A stretch of DNA of 64,000 bases from Tetramitus jugosus (lineage: Eukaryota; Protista; Heterolobosea). The position numbers and the translations under genes were made by a program. Below, piece by piece: positions 12,571 through 24,111 of the stretch. Position 1 is the first letter of the stretch. Each line of letters starts with the position of its first letter. The notes beneath the pieces were generated by a model that saw only the letters and a program-made list of their open reading frames with translations, was not told the DNA's origin and did no database searches. The DNA is taken from positions 458,673 to 522,672 of the forward strand of contig OW569362.1 in the NCBI GenBank assembly GCA_937625935.1, given 5' to 3'.

Positions 12571-14151
12571 TTTATCTATTTCCTGGTAGGTGTTTGGTAG
12601 TAGTCAACCAATTCAATTAGTTTTGTGTTTTTTGATCGAGATCACAGGTATGTTACTGTAACATCCAATGTTAAATGCTGTAGGATAGGACTTTGGTTTA
12701 AGGATCAAGAGGTCCTTCTCACTTGTTCTTTATTGGTTATTTTGCTTTCCGACATGGTCTATGACAGGTGAAGAAAATTTGTGTGCCTCGAAATTCGCCT
12801 TTTAAACCATGTTTTTGTTTGGAGGTGTTTGGGTGCCCATCATACATCTTCTAACGGCTCAAGAACCATCTTCTTCATCGATGCGAGTGGAAGTCAATGT
12901 CGGCCCAAATATCGTTACACTTCAACCGTAGATGTGAGAAGATTTTTTTCATGGGAAATCAAAATGAAAATTTCCAGCAGTTTGCGGGTGCGAAGCGCAA
13001 ACTGTTCGTCCTTCCAACTGCAGTTCTGGCACATCATCACACCTGACACACTCAGCAAGTCTACAATAAGAGAGTGCAAGTAACGACATAACAACAACAA
13101 CAAAAAAACAAAACCACACGCTACCTACCTACCCCTACCCCTTGCAGTAAAACCCACAAGCCAACCTCTCAACCGCTTTATTACTCTCTGACTGGTGCTC
13201 GATCTCAATGCTTAATCTTATGCTCTATCGCCAAAACACAATGAAAAAGAGTCATGAAATCCACACTACCACAAAAAAGCAACAACAACCATCATTCTCT
13301 ACTACCTCTTCCAGAAGCAGCAACAGCTCATTTGAGTCCATCTCTCTCAGTCCTCCATTTTTTCATCATGGTGAAGGACCAGCCAGCACAGTGGCAATTA
13401 AGGGTGCCTTATCATGGGTCATTGGAAAGTCTCATTAGTAGATTCCATGAAAAAACCAATGACAAAATGTTGCTCATTCTGGTCATCCTCTTGTTTAGCT
13501 ATATAGCTTTAGCAAACGATTGGTCGAACCATGAGCTTCTGCTTCAAAGCTTGTCAAATTATTACTATTCTATCAAGACTATTATAAAGGATACATTGAA
13601 AATTGAAACTACTGTGGTGTGCGCACCTCGTTTCATTTTTTTTGCGTAAGCTTACGTCTTTTTTGAGAGAGAGAATATTCAAATGTGTGCTCTGTAGCTG
13701 AGGACTGGACTTTGAAAGAGTGATTTTTTTGGAGGCGATTCGTCTGTGGAATGAGTGAGAAAGAGATTATTGTGTGTGAGTGGATATCACTGTGGTGCTT
13801 TGTGTTGTTGGCGCATTGTTTTTGTAGGGCCTATTTACAGCACAAGAACAAGGGTATGAATGTTGCTATCTAACAACTTTTATTTTTTATTCATTGTTTT
13901 GTTTTGTGTGTTATCCTGTCATCGTATTCTTGTTTCATTGGAGAGTCGTTGTGTGTCCAATACAATAAATAAAATGTCCTTGTGTTTGCAGTTTCCAGTG
14001 TTGTTTCATTCACTCGTTCGCAGTGCGGAAAAACACTTTTGAGGGGAAAAAAACCAAATCACACCCCTCCTAATAACTTATTACAAACAACATCATATTA
14101 TCATCTTTATCTCAACAACAACAACAACCAACAAACAACAAGATCAATAAC

Positions 14152-17100
14152 ATGCACAAGACTACAAAAAAAAATATGAACAGCAATCGCAGGTTCAATC
14201 TCCTTCTCCTGCAAGAAAATGAAATCTATTACAATGACTACTCTGCTACACTATTCTCTTCTCGTACAGGTAGATCCAAACACAATGGAAGACTTCATTT
14301 TTGTTCTCATTCATTGATATTTGTGCCAGATGAGACAAGAGTGCCTATTCTGAGCATGGAATACTGTCACATGGATCCAAAAGAGAGTTTTCAACTGTAT
14401 TCACCTGTTCGATCACTAGAGAGTTCATTTCGATCCTTCTTGTCCAATGGTGAAGATCACTTGTTCACTATCAAGTTGAATCAAGTGACACAAATGAAGG
14501 TTCAAAACAGAAATCATCCATATATTGTTAAAAAATTGAGTGAAGGTGGCAGTGGTGGAATGAGTGATGATGATTCTCTGTGGGATGATGGTTCATATAC
14601 TAGTAGTAGTAGTAGTAATAGCAATAGTGCCATTCAGAGTAATGTCATTGTGATTGGATTGACGTACATGACAGCTCAAGAATTGATTCAAAAAGTGAAA
14701 CCGATTTTTCAATTGTGGACACCGACGTTTAACAGCAAGAGCAATTCGTTTGTAAAGCAATCAAAGCTTCAAATCATTGACCGAATCAAAAAAGAGTATC
14801 AAAACTATCAGAATCAGTTCACGTTCGATGTCACGTGGTTGGAAGACTTTAGAGAACAGCAAGTATATGAGACGAATGGTGTGCGTGTGACTCCACTGGT
14901 CGATACACCTGGTAGGATCATGCTCACTACTGCACGCATCTATTTTCAACCGTTTAACAACATTAGTTCAAAGCCTGTCAAGAAATATGACTTGAGAGAT
15001 GTTGTGCGTGTGATGAAGAGAAGACATGTGCTGCGACATACGGGTATTGAGATTTATATGAAGAGTGGAGAGTGCATCTTTTTCAGTTTTAGGAGTGCAA
15101 TCGAGAGAGATGAGATTTTCTTGAAAATGTTGCAACAACCGGTGCTCAATTCGATTTCCGCGGACGATTTGAACAACATGACACTCAAGTGGCAGAGTGG
15201 ACTCATTTCAAACTTTGATTATTTAATGTATTTGAATTTCATTGCTGATCGATCGTTTAATGATTTGACTCAATACCCAGTGTTTCCTTGGGTGATTGCT
15301 GATTATACGAGCAGTGTGTTGAAACTTGACGGAGATGAGACGAACACGTTCAGAGATTTGTCCAAACCGATTGGTGCATTGAACGATAAGAGATTGAGGC
15401 GTTTCCAGGAGAGATATCGTGAGATGCCTGATCCTAAATTCCTTTACGGAACACACTATTCTACACCTGGTTACGTTCTCTATTTTTTGATTAGAGAGGC
15501 TCCCGAGTATATGCTCAGACTTCAGAGTGGTAAATTCGATGCACCCGACCGTATTTTCAACGGTATTGCTCAGTCATGGAACGGAGTGTTTGAGAATGAT
15601 GCTGACTTGAAGGAGTTGATTCCAGAGTTCTATCAGGGAACAGGTGAATTCTTGGTCAATACTCAGCAACTAGACCTGGGAGTGAAGCACAATGGACAGC
15701 GAGTAAATCATGTGAGTCTGCCAGCATGGGCCGACAATGAAAAGGACTTTATTTTTAAGAATCGACTGGCTCTGGAGAGCTCTTATGTGAGTGACAATTT
15801 GCATCACTGGATTGATCTTATCTTTGGTTATAAGCAGAGAGGTGTCGAGGCAGCCAATGCAGACAACTTGTTCTATTATCTAACTTATGAGGGTGCTGTG
15901 GACATTGATAAGATTCATGATCCAATGGAAAGGAGCAGCATCGAGATGCAAATTCGAGAGTTTGGTCAGACTCCAAAGCAAATATTCACTAGACCTCATC
16001 CTAAACGTAGAGCCGGTACAGACATGTCACAAATTAATCTTTCATCGGTTACTGATGACAATATTATCCAGATGCATTCGATTCAAACAGCTCAGAATGA
16101 TCTATCAACTGATTTTTCTGAGCCAATCAAGACTGAGAAGTCTCACACGAGAACATGGAGCGATGATATATTCAATTCAACTCTCGAAAGCATCGGTTTG
16201 AACTCAAAGATTTCTTCGCGTCCATCTACACCAGTTTCCTCATCATTAGGAAAGGCGGCTAAGAATAATACTGCTGCCGATGACGATGAAATGAGCATTG
16301 ATGATCTCCTTGTTACGAACTTTTCTCGAAAGTCATCATTCCGGACACCTACTAGCACTTCTAGAGCTGAGTCTACCCCAGCCTCGCCTACTTCTCCACT
16401 TTCTGGCAGACGATTGAGATTGCAAAATGTAGCTAATTCACGCATTAGTTCACCACAGGCTGAAGTTCTGAATGATTCTGGTCCAAAATTCAAGAAACTT
16501 GACCAGTACCGTCAGTTTATTACAGCCAAACTGCATCGCGAAACCATTGGCGGTATCGTCATATCTCCAATAGACAACCGGGTATATACTGCGAGTCATG
16601 ACGCGAGTGTAAAGATTTATTCGACCGATAGTCAGAGACAGTTGAGAAGGATTGCAGATATGGGTGATATGGCTCTTTCGTCTCTTGTATCTATGCCCAG
16701 CAATTTGACTGGTGAGTCTCGTGTTCTCATCGTGAGCTCATGGGACAACAATGTGTATGCTTACTCTGTAGATTATGGGCGCATATTAGACACCATACAT
16801 GGTCATGAAGATGCTGTGTCAAAGATTAGTATTAGTGGCGACGTTTTTATGTCCAGCTCCTGGGATAGCAGTGTCAAATTCTGGAAGTGTATCCCTTCTG
16901 GCTTCAGCAAGGTACCAATCATGGACTTTAGTGAGCATCAATCACCAATTCATACATGCTGTATGGATAACAGCGGTACGATGGCTGTGTCTGGAGCAGA
17001 GGACGGTGATATTACAGTGTATGATTTGCGACAAAAGAAACAAGTGTGTAGCTTCACTGGTCACATGGATTCGATCACTGATGTTTGCTTCTTGGGTAAT

Positions 17101-17400
17101 GATTCAAGAAGGATAGTTTCATGCTCCAAGGATCAAACAATCAAATTGTTTGAGATTAATGGTGCCGAGAGCTTTAGTTATGCACCAAAGGAAATTGTTC
17201 GATGTATTGCCTCTGATGGTGATTTGCTCTATTCAGGAGGTGATTCAGGTGTGCTCAAGATGTGGAACGCGCGTGATGGATCGCTCGTCGATACAAAGGA
17301 TTCTCATCCAGGATCTTCCATCACCTGCATATCCTTCTCTGGAGACCTGCAGAGTATGGCTACGGGAGCCAAGGATGGCAGTCTTTCATTCTACAGGTAA
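14152..17400 (+). CDS. NSMAF: FAN-like GRAM/PH-BEACH-WD40 protein
   Basis: N-terminal RFNLLLLQENEIYY. BEACH motifs ISNFDYLMYLN..RSFNDLTQYPVFPWVIADY, YGTHYSTPGY, KELIPEFY, WIDLIFGYKQRG and FGQTPKQIF. C-terminal WD40 repeats. The start may be the ATG at 14176. Confidence 0.93.
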   Translation: MHKTTKKNMNSNRRFNLLLLQENEIYYNDYSATLFSSRTGRSKHNGRLHFCSHSLIFVPDETRVPILSMEYCHMDPKESFQLYSPVRSLESSFRSFLSNGEDHLFTIKLNQVTQMKVQNRNHPYIVKKLSEGGSGGMSDDDSLWDDGSYTSSSSSNSNSAIQSNVIVIGLTYMTAQELIQKVKPIFQLWTPTFNSKSNSFVKQSKLQIIDRIKKEYQNYQNQFTFDVTWLEDFREQQVYETNGVRVTPLVDTPGRIMLTTARIYFQPFNNISSKPVKKYDLRDVVRVMKRRHVLRHTGIEIYMKSGECIFFSFRSAIERDEIFLKMLQQPVLNSISADDLNNMTLKWQSGLISNFDYLMYLNFIADRSFNDLTQYPVFPWVIADYTSSVLKLDGDETNTFRDLSKPIGALNDKRLRRFQERYREMPDPKFLYGTHYSTPGYVLYFLIREAPEYMLRLQSGKFDAPDRIFNGIAQSWNGVFENDADLKELIPEFYQGTGEFLVNTQQLDLGVKHNGQRVNHVSLPAWADNEKDFIFKNRLALESSYVSDNLHHWIDLIFGYKQRGVEAANADNLFYYLTYEGAVDIDKIHDPMERSSIEMQIREFGQTPKQIFTRPHPKRRAGTDMSQINLSSVTDDNIIQMHSIQTAQNDLSTDFSEPIKTEKSHTRTWSDDIFNSTLESIGLNSKISSRPSTPVSSSLGKAAKNNTAADDDEMSIDDLLVTNFSRKSSFRTPTSTSRAESTPASPTSPLSGRRLRLQNVANSRISSPQAEVLNDSGPKFKKLDQYRQFITAKLHRETIGGIVISPIDNRVYTASHDASVKIYSTDSQRQLRRIADMGDMALSSLVSMPSNLTGESRVLIVSSWDNNVYAYSVDYGRILDTIHGHEDAVSKISISGDVFMSSSWDSSVKFWKCIPSGFSKVPIMDFSEHQSPIHTCCMDNSGTMAVSGAEDGDITVYDLRQKKQVCSFTGHMDSITDVCFLGNDSRRIVSCSKDQTIKLFEINGAESFSYAPKEIVRCIASDGDLLYSGGDSGVLKMWNARDGSLVDTKDSHPGSSITCISFSGDLQSMATGAKDGSLSFYR

Positions 17401-17463
17401 TTCATCGCTCAGGATATCATCCCACGAATAAAACCATTCCATGAAATCATAGCATAACTTAGT

Positions 17464-18312
17464 TTATAGGATAAATTGGATTCTCTGGGATAGAACTTTC
17501 ATTTTGATTTCACTCAACCTGGACCGCTTGGGCAGTTCTCTCGAGAGGAGGTTCGAGAATTTTAGAGGTGATTCCATGATATCATCATCACTATCTTCCA
17601 CGTGTTCATCGAGTGATTGGTGGGAGGATACACTTTGATTTTCACTGCTCTCGTGATTCATGCTATCCAAGTTGATTAATACATCACCTAGCAACACAAT
17701 TGAATCAGTATCGGTATCAGATTGTGAATTCTCAGATAGTTGGGTAATAGCCACAAACTCGACAGTAGAGTCATTATCTGGTACTTCAGCATTCAATGTC
17801 AAGGTAGTATCCTCCAGGCTCAACAGTGACGCTATTGAACTTCTAGATAGGAGATCACTAGTTAGTGTCTGGCATGTTGTTTCACTACTATGTTCACTAT
17901 CTGTTGAGTTCGTGTGGCTGCTGTGGCTCAACTTACTCTTCTCATAACTGAGAGACTTCTTGGAGCTCTGTATGGAGATATCACTCAGCGATTGTCTTTC
18001 ATTTTGGCTCGAAACGCTTTTCTTGGTGGTGCTGGATGCTTGCAGAGGCTTGAGTGCAGTACAGGAAGTAGATGACGGCTTGGGATTGATGTTCTCCTTG
18101 TCCTCATGTGATTGGAAGGCCTTATTTGAGAGTTGGCGTTGTTTTTCATGATTATCGTGACATGAATTGAACCAAGAAGAGTTATTGAGACTGTCCCGGT
18201 GGTTCAAAGAGTCTCTAGATGAGAAGTCACAGTACTTTGGAGCATTAAACTCATAGTTGGGATCATAGAAGTATTGATCAGCAGTCCCAGAGTTCAGTTG
18301 GTAATGGTCCAT
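17464..18312 (-). CDS. Protein with TPX2-type Aurora-binding motif and KEN box
   Basis: YEFNAPKYCDF..SWF near the N-terminus, then DKENINP. The rest is Ser-rich and probably disordered. Confidence 0.65.
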   Translation of the reverse strand: MDHYQLNSGTADQYFYDPNYEFNAPKYCDFSSRDSLNHRDSLNNSSWFNSCHDNHEKQRQLSNKAFQSHEDKENINPKPSSTSCTALKPLQASSTTKKSVSSQNERQSLSDISIQSSKKSLSYEKSKLSHSSHTNSTDSEHSSETTCQTLTSDLLSRSSIASLLSLEDTTLTLNAEVPDNDSTVEFVAITQLSENSQSDTDTDSIVLLGDVLINLDSMNHESSENQSVSSHQSLDEHVEDSDDDIMESPLKFSNLLSRELPKRSRLSEIKMKVLSQRIQFIL

Positions 18313-18484
18313 AATGGTATTGATAATAAATTAGGTGGATTTGTTTGTTGGTCGTGTACTATCTATCATTCGCCTTCTGAAATTCGGCCCTGAAATCTCT
18401 GAGCGGTAATTCGTAATTGGAGTAACGTTTATAAAATTATTGGTTTTGGCGCGAGGCAAATAAGGGGAATTCCAGGAGAATCTC

Positions 18485-20102
18485 TCAAAGAATAGACAGA
18501 ACGCTTCTTGTGTACAACATGAGCTCTGGTATCTGTTCATACATGACTCTGGCATGAACAGCATACAATGTTCCATACAAGAGCGACTCAATGCTGCTGC
18601 CATGAGAAGGAAGCATCTCGAAATGTGTCTTCTTGGATGTAGTAGCTGCCAAATCCTGCAAATGCCTAGCTGCACACACACAATACTTGACAATGGTAAT
18701 CACTTCATTGATCACACCCTTGTCCAAGTGAACTCTTGGTGTTTGATGCATTGGTTGTTGATTCTTTCGAATGTTCGTATTGTTCAACACAATTTGCAAG
18801 AGTTGCATATGAGACAACTTCTCAATTGCACTCCGCTGAGCTACCAATGACATGTGAGTTTGCTCTTCTCTCTCCGTGTACATTTGTGCTTGATTGCTTC
18901 CACTTCCATTGTTCTTGGTTTCCTCCAGAGTAATCTGCTCTGTCGAAATGACCTCTGAGGTCGAATTCTTGTTCATCAGTTTAGAAATGTATTGCCATGA
19001 TGGTACAATGTACGGCATCCCACCACTCATGACTCTATACATGACATGACACATGTCCAACAGCACATTGACATCAAACACGTCCAAATACTGAATAAAC
19101 ACTTGCAATAGAACTCTAATGACTGTTTGGAATGAATCATTGGCGTTCATGCTATTGAACAATGGTAATTTACAGTCTCTAAAGTACGTTCCTCTCAACT
19201 CGAGTGAAGACACTTGTTGATTGCGATTGAACGATTGAAGAGCAGACGATGTCAACGCACTAGGTGAGCTATAATTGTTTTGTGAAGCAAGATCGTTGCT
19301 TGATGAACCACCATTACTCATATTTGCAGCTGTAGCAGCAATGGGACTCGTAGTAGCCGATGCAGCTGCAGCAGGAGTCGACACAGTGCTCGTGGGTGCA
19401 TTGAGCAAATTACTGGATGAGGCACTGTGAACAGATGCATTGCCATCAGAGTGACTACTGTGTGAGTGATGCACTTCAGCAATGTTATAAATGGATTTTT
19501 GATTATTGAAGAGTTGAGTCAATAATCGAAATTGATTACTCTTATTGTTACTATTGTTGTTACTACTGTTGATATTGTTTCTTTGATAGGCTTCACAATT
19601 ATAAATGCACAACAATACAGCTTGCACTACAATACGATTATTAAGTATGTGTGTGTGTGTGTGTGTGTGTGAGTAAAGCTACTACTATTGTGTTGTTGAT
19701 GATCAAACACGAAGAAAAAAAAAATTCATCAACAATAGACAAACAGACAAACATACCAATTGGATTTTTTTGATGAATGAGTTCAGTGTACAAGCAAACA
19801 GGCAAATGATTCAACAGTGGAAATTTGAGCAAATCATGATTCGTCTTGTACCATTCACACAAGACGAAAAAATAGTCTTGAATTTGTTCATCAGATACGT
19901 TACTAGTAGTAGTAGTAGTAGTAGATTTGTTATTTTTCAGTAGAGATTGATTCATGACATGATAGAGCTCATGATTGGAGATGACTTGACCAGCAAGTGC
20001 AATGTAAGAGTCATATGATGAGGATGATGATGATGATTGTTGTTGTTGTTGTTGGGAGATTTGTTTCCTTAGATTGGAAAGCTGATTTAATACTTGATCC
20101 AT
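18485..20102 (-). CDS. FAM126: Hyccin/FAM126 family (PI4KA complex subunit); intron 19627-19756
   Basis: LNHLPVCLY..|VQAVLLCIYNCEA, RVHLDKGVINEV and AVHARVMYEQIPELMLYTRSV parallel hyccin motifs. A phase-consistent GTATGT..TAG intron joins the two ORFs. Confidence 0.72.
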
Positions 20103-20223
20103 TCTTCTCTTTTTGTTTTAGTTCCCTTGGTGGAAAAGCTTTTGGTGGTGTTTTTTTTTCGCTTGTTTTGCTTTTTTCACTTTTTCCAATTCGCCGCTTT
20201 GGGAACAAGAGAAGCAGAGAAAC

Positions 20224-21140
20224 ATGGCGATAGAGAAGAACGAATCAGATGAGGTGAGGATCAGTGATGATCATAAGATAAGAACTCTTGGGGTTATTGA
20301 GGAAAAGTTGAGGAATATGTCAAGCAGTGACCAAGAATTTCGATTCTTGCATAAACTGTTGCACAAGACTCGTTATTTTGAAGAGGAACTGAAGCATCTA
20401 GCCAGTTCTTCTTCTTCTACATTTGGTCAGGTTGATGACGATCGTCAATTTGAATTACAATTGCGAAATAAGATTCAAATGGCGAAACAAAAATTTTTAT
20501 CGTCGACGTCAAACAAAAGAAACAGTGGAACACTGTCCAATAGCAATCACCAGCTAGCAAACAAGAATGAGAGTCAAAGCTCTTCACTCAATTTGAGCTC
20601 TAAACTTGATCAGTCAAACAAAAAGAGTGGTCAGACAGGTAAGGAGACGGCAACTGCTGTTCAATTGTATCGTCATATTGATACGATGAAGTGGATACGG
20701 TTCTTGTCAAGGAATACTCTGGGAAAGATGGATCCTTTTTGGAGTATATTGTTGTTGGTTGGTGGTTCATCGATTGCAACGTTTGGTCAATTGTTGCGAC
20801 TCTTGGCAGCCAATCGTCGAGTTTCTGAGAGAAATTATGCCAATTCGAGTGGTCCTAATGGACAGGTACTGTTCAGGAGTCGATTATGAGGCAAATGATG
20901 ATAGATGTCAAAGTATACAATCCACTATTTGAATCATGGTCGAGTTTTCTTTGCAACATATAATTGAATGCCCATTTTTCGTTCGAACTAACATCACGGA
21001 TGACTGATTTGAAGTTCTGAGTGTGATGTTAGATCCATATACAGTATACGAGTCGTATGATCACAATTATTGTAAATAGAAATACAACGGTCACCGATGC
21101 CAGCTTCGGGCAAATACGCCATCTCCTCAGCATCCGATAA
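20224..21140 (+). CDS. Hypothetical protein (probable intron 20866-21032; unspliced ORF ends at 20889)
   Basis: 221-aa ORF with a coiled-coil-like N-terminus and one hydrophobic segment. A GTACTG..TAG splice gives an open terminal exon. Confidence 0.5.
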
Positions 21141-21185
21141 AAATTGATCGCACCGAAGAATTGAATACAAGAAAAATACGAAAAG

Positions 21186-21590
21186 ATGTTGCTGTATCGA
21201 GTTGCCTCCATCAAAAAGTTGTTGATCCCACACAAGAGAGCATATTGTTCCTTGAACTCTGTTGATCAGAGGAGAAATCATGAGAAGGCAGAAAGGAAAC
21301 TTTACAATGACAACAAGAAGAACTCTGACAACCGTATGAACAAGATTGTTGACTACGCATCAAAGATTGAAGAACAGCAATCTCGTCCAGAATTTGTGGA
21401 TGAGCACGTGGCCAAAGGAACACAAGGGCTCAGTGAAGAAGAGTTCCGAAGGGAGATTTTGGAGAAGAGATTGGATATCGAGTTTGGTACAAATGGTCAA
21501 CCAGAAGTTGCATCCACTTCAAAAGAAAGAATTGTTGATGAAGGAGAGTATGAGAAGCGAGTACCATTGAATCAAGATCTAAACTTTTGA
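21186..21590 (+). CDS. Small hypothetical protein, possibly mitochondrial
   Basis: 134-aa ORF with a basic, acid-free N-terminus and a charged body. An AATAAA follows. Confidence 0.6.
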   Translation: MLLYRVASIKKLLIPHKRAYCSLNSVDQRRNHEKAERKLYNDNKKNSDNRMNKIVDYASKIEEQQSRPEFVDEHVAKGTQGLSEEEFRREILEKRLDIEFGTNGQPEVASTSKERIVDEGEYEKRVPLNQDLNF

Positions 21591-21656
21591 GTTGAGGAGC
21601 TTTGTAATAAACATCTTCATGTAAAATAAAATCCTAAAAAGTTGTGAACCGGAACT

Positions 21657-23909
21657 CTAATTAAATAGCAGATCAGTGAACCGTCCACTCTCTGGCAGTT
21701 GTGGAGAGTCAGTGGACGAAGGAGTTGTAGGTAAATACTCTATCGTCACACTTGATTCATTTTGGGGCATGTACTGAACATCTCTACCTGCCAGCAAGTC
21801 CAAGAAACTTGCAGTCGAAGGAGAACTTGCAATGGGAGTCGTATCTTGTACTTGAATCTCTTCGGAAGGATGAAAAGTGCTCACACATGGATCAATCTTG
21901 AATTTCGGTGGTTCCGATTTCAAGCCATGTGACTTACTTGCCTGTTCGATGAGAACAGGTTTGGCTTCCATAATTTGACGCAGGTGATCAATAGTTTGCA
22001 TTCGCTTTCTATTCAAGTCCTGATCCAGCAACAGCGTCTTGCTCTTGAATTGCCACAGTGCTTCTAAAAATTTTTGAAAACTAGTCTTCTGATATATGGG
22101 ATAAAATATCGAATGCCTCTGTTCGTATGGTATAGCATATGTCTGTGGCACAGTCAAATGATCAATAATAAACTCATCGTTCATGTAATCGACCCTCTCA
22201 ATCTCTACCCAGACAAATGAACGCTCAGCATTTTGTCTCACTCTCACAAAGTGATCCTTTTGGTCATTGAATACACTGACACTGTGACTGGACACTAGTC
22301 GGACATCGCATTGAAGAATCCACTCGAGTAACGTGCGCCATATAGGTTCCGTGTTCTTTGGAACCAGTTGCAATATGGAGAAATTGTTCTTGAGTGTGTC
22401 CAACGAGTATTGAGATAAGTTACGAAATGCTTCATTGCATCCAATGAGATTAAATGTCCGCGTGTCCCACACAACAATAGGCTTGCCTAGATTACTCACA
22501 CCTGCTCCATTCCTATCAAACAGCATATCCCACATATCAATTGAGACTTCGTTTCGAACAGGACGCTGTCCCGTTCTATAATACAGCATGATTTGATTAA
22601 TCGAAATCATGCGATTGTTGCTTCTTTGACGACTCCGATTCTCAAGCACTCCACCCTTATTCCTATTGTTCTTTTTGTTGACGACAATCGTTGTTTCTTT
22701 GCCATCCTTCTTCTCGGTACCATTATCCTCAGCCTCATCATCATCACCGTCAAGATTATCATTCCGTTGGTGATATGTCATCCCAGATGGCAACAAAACC
22801 TCCATCGGAGGAGTAACAATCACTCGTTTGTTCGCAAGTGCATCCACCAGTTTCCTATTCTGCTCCACGAGCTTGTTCAGTGATCGCTGAGCCATTTCGA
22901 GCTCAAATTTCGCATCATGCAACAAAACCGACTGATAATACTTGTTCTGTTCCGGATTTTTGTCATTCTTTTTAATTTTTTCAATCATGGAGCGTCGAAG
23001 TCTCTGCTTAATCAACCGTTCTTCCTCTTCACTCACACCATCATTCTCTTCACCATCATTTTCATTTTCATCATTTTCATTCTCACTTACAGTAGCTCTA
23101 CTACTACTTCTACTACTACTACTAGAAGTCAAATGATCCCCTATTGGTTGTTGTTGTTCAACAAGGTTATTGAACAAGGATGAAAAATAGGGATCTACTA
23201 AACCAGTGGATGACGAAGAAGATGACAATGAAACTTCTGAATCAAGTAGAATATCAAAGCAGTCATTATCATCATTATCTTCTTCATTGTTATTAACACT
23301 ATGATTTTTATGCTTATTCACATGTATCGTATCATGTGATGAATTTGTGGTCCAATTGAATCCTGGAAAGAGAAGCATTGATGACTTCTTGTCATCATTT
23401 TCAATATCATCATAGTTACCTAGTTCACTCAAATGATCAAATGTTTCGTTATTGTCATATTGAATGATATCTGATAATATTTTTTGCTTTTGTTGCTTCT
23501 TTTGTAGCTTTTGTTGTTGTTGTTCGATGGTCGTAGAAGAAGTTGAACCTGCTGATGATGATTTTTTACTTGTTTGATAAAATGGGATTGCTTCTTCTTC
23601 TGCTTCTGTACGTTTTCGCTTCATTGATCCACTCTGACTACTATTGTTATGAGTATTAGTATTTATTATTGTTGTTGTTGTTGTGCTGTGCGAAGGAACA
23701 AGCGGTTGTTGTTCCATACTAAAATAATGAGATGACGACAGTTGTGGAATCGTGTTGTGTGGCAGTGGAGGTTGTGGTTTTTTGCTTCTTTTGCGCTTGG
23801 GTTGCCACGGTACAATGTTGCCCAGAGGCAGTGAAGTGGTTGAATTCGAGTGATGTCCTTCCTTTATCTTTTTAGTTGTTTTTGTAGTACCGTCGTTGTC
23901 CTTTTTCAT
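21657..23909 (-). CDS. PAS-fold protein with NLS-like motifs and coiled coil (putative regulator)
   Basis: PIVVWDTRTFNLIGCNEAFRNLSQYSLDTL..SILQLVP matches a PAS N-terminal pattern. Basic motifs PKRKR and KRKR and a heptad region lie upstream. Confidence 0.6.
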   Translation of the reverse strand: MKKDNDGTTKTTKKIKEGHHSNSTTSLPLGNIVPWQPKRKRSKKPQPPLPHNTIPQLSSSHYFSMEQQPLVPSHSTTTTTIINTNTHNNSSQSGSMKRKRTEAEEEAIPFYQTSKKSSSAGSTSSTTIEQQQQKLQKKQQKQKILSDIIQYDNNETFDHLSELGNYDDIENDDKKSSMLLFPGFNWTTNSSHDTIHVNKHKNHSVNNNEEDNDDNDCFDILLDSEVSLSSSSSSTGLVDPYFSSLFNNLVEQQQPIGDHLTSSSSSRSSSRATVSENENDENENDGEENDGVSEEEERLIKQRLRRSMIEKIKKNDKNPEQNKYYQSVLLHDAKFELEMAQRSLNKLVEQNRKLVDALANKRVIVTPPMEVLLPSGMTYHQRNDNLDGDDDEAEDNGTEKKDGKETTIVVNKKNNRNKGGVLENRSRQRSNNRMISINQIMLYYRTGQRPVRNEVSIDMWDMLFDRNGAGVSNLGKPIVVWDTRTFNLIGCNEAFRNLSQYSLDTLKNNFSILQLVPKNTEPIWRTLLEWILQCDVRLVSSHSVSVFNDQKDHFVRVRQNAERSFVWVEIERVDYMNDEFIIDHLTVPQTYAIPYEQRHSIFYPIYQKTSFQKFLEALWQFKSKTLLLDQDLNRKRMQTIDHLRQIMEAKPVLIEQASKSHGLKSEPPKFKIDPCVSTFHPSEEIQVQDTTPIASSPSTASFLDLLAGRDVQYMPQNESSVTIEYLPTTPSSTDSPQLPESGRFTDLLFN

Positions 23910-24111
23910 TGTGCTTCGAGGTCACGTCGCTGTTGTTTCTGAACTAATGGTGGTTTGGTTTCTCTCGGTTTGGATTTTTTTGAGTGTTTTGGACAAATGA
24001 CAGAAAAGCAATGTCCCAGTGTCCCGGTATCTTTTTGTCCGCTGAGGAATTTCTCTGTTCCCGAACTGTTCTGATTGGAACTGATATCGGACAAGAGTAA
24101 CTGACCCGAGT

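Larger units (their letters stand above)
9440..12810. repeat. Tandem segmental duplication, ~1.86 kb period
   Basis: The CDS and flanking motifs (GTCAGTTTA; TTTATCTATTT; AAATTCGCC) recur in both copies. Boundaries are approximate. Confidence 0.8.

Noticed and set aside
12871-12887. 17-nt match antisense to the conserved 5.8S rRNA motif (TTCTTCATCGATGCGAG)
   Set aside because: No flanking rRNA similarity and no C/D boxes in the right positions. Plausibly chance.
13300-13372. Possible box C/D snoRNA on the minus strand (ATGATGA..CTGA)
   Set aside because: No clear terminal D box, stem or recognisable guide.
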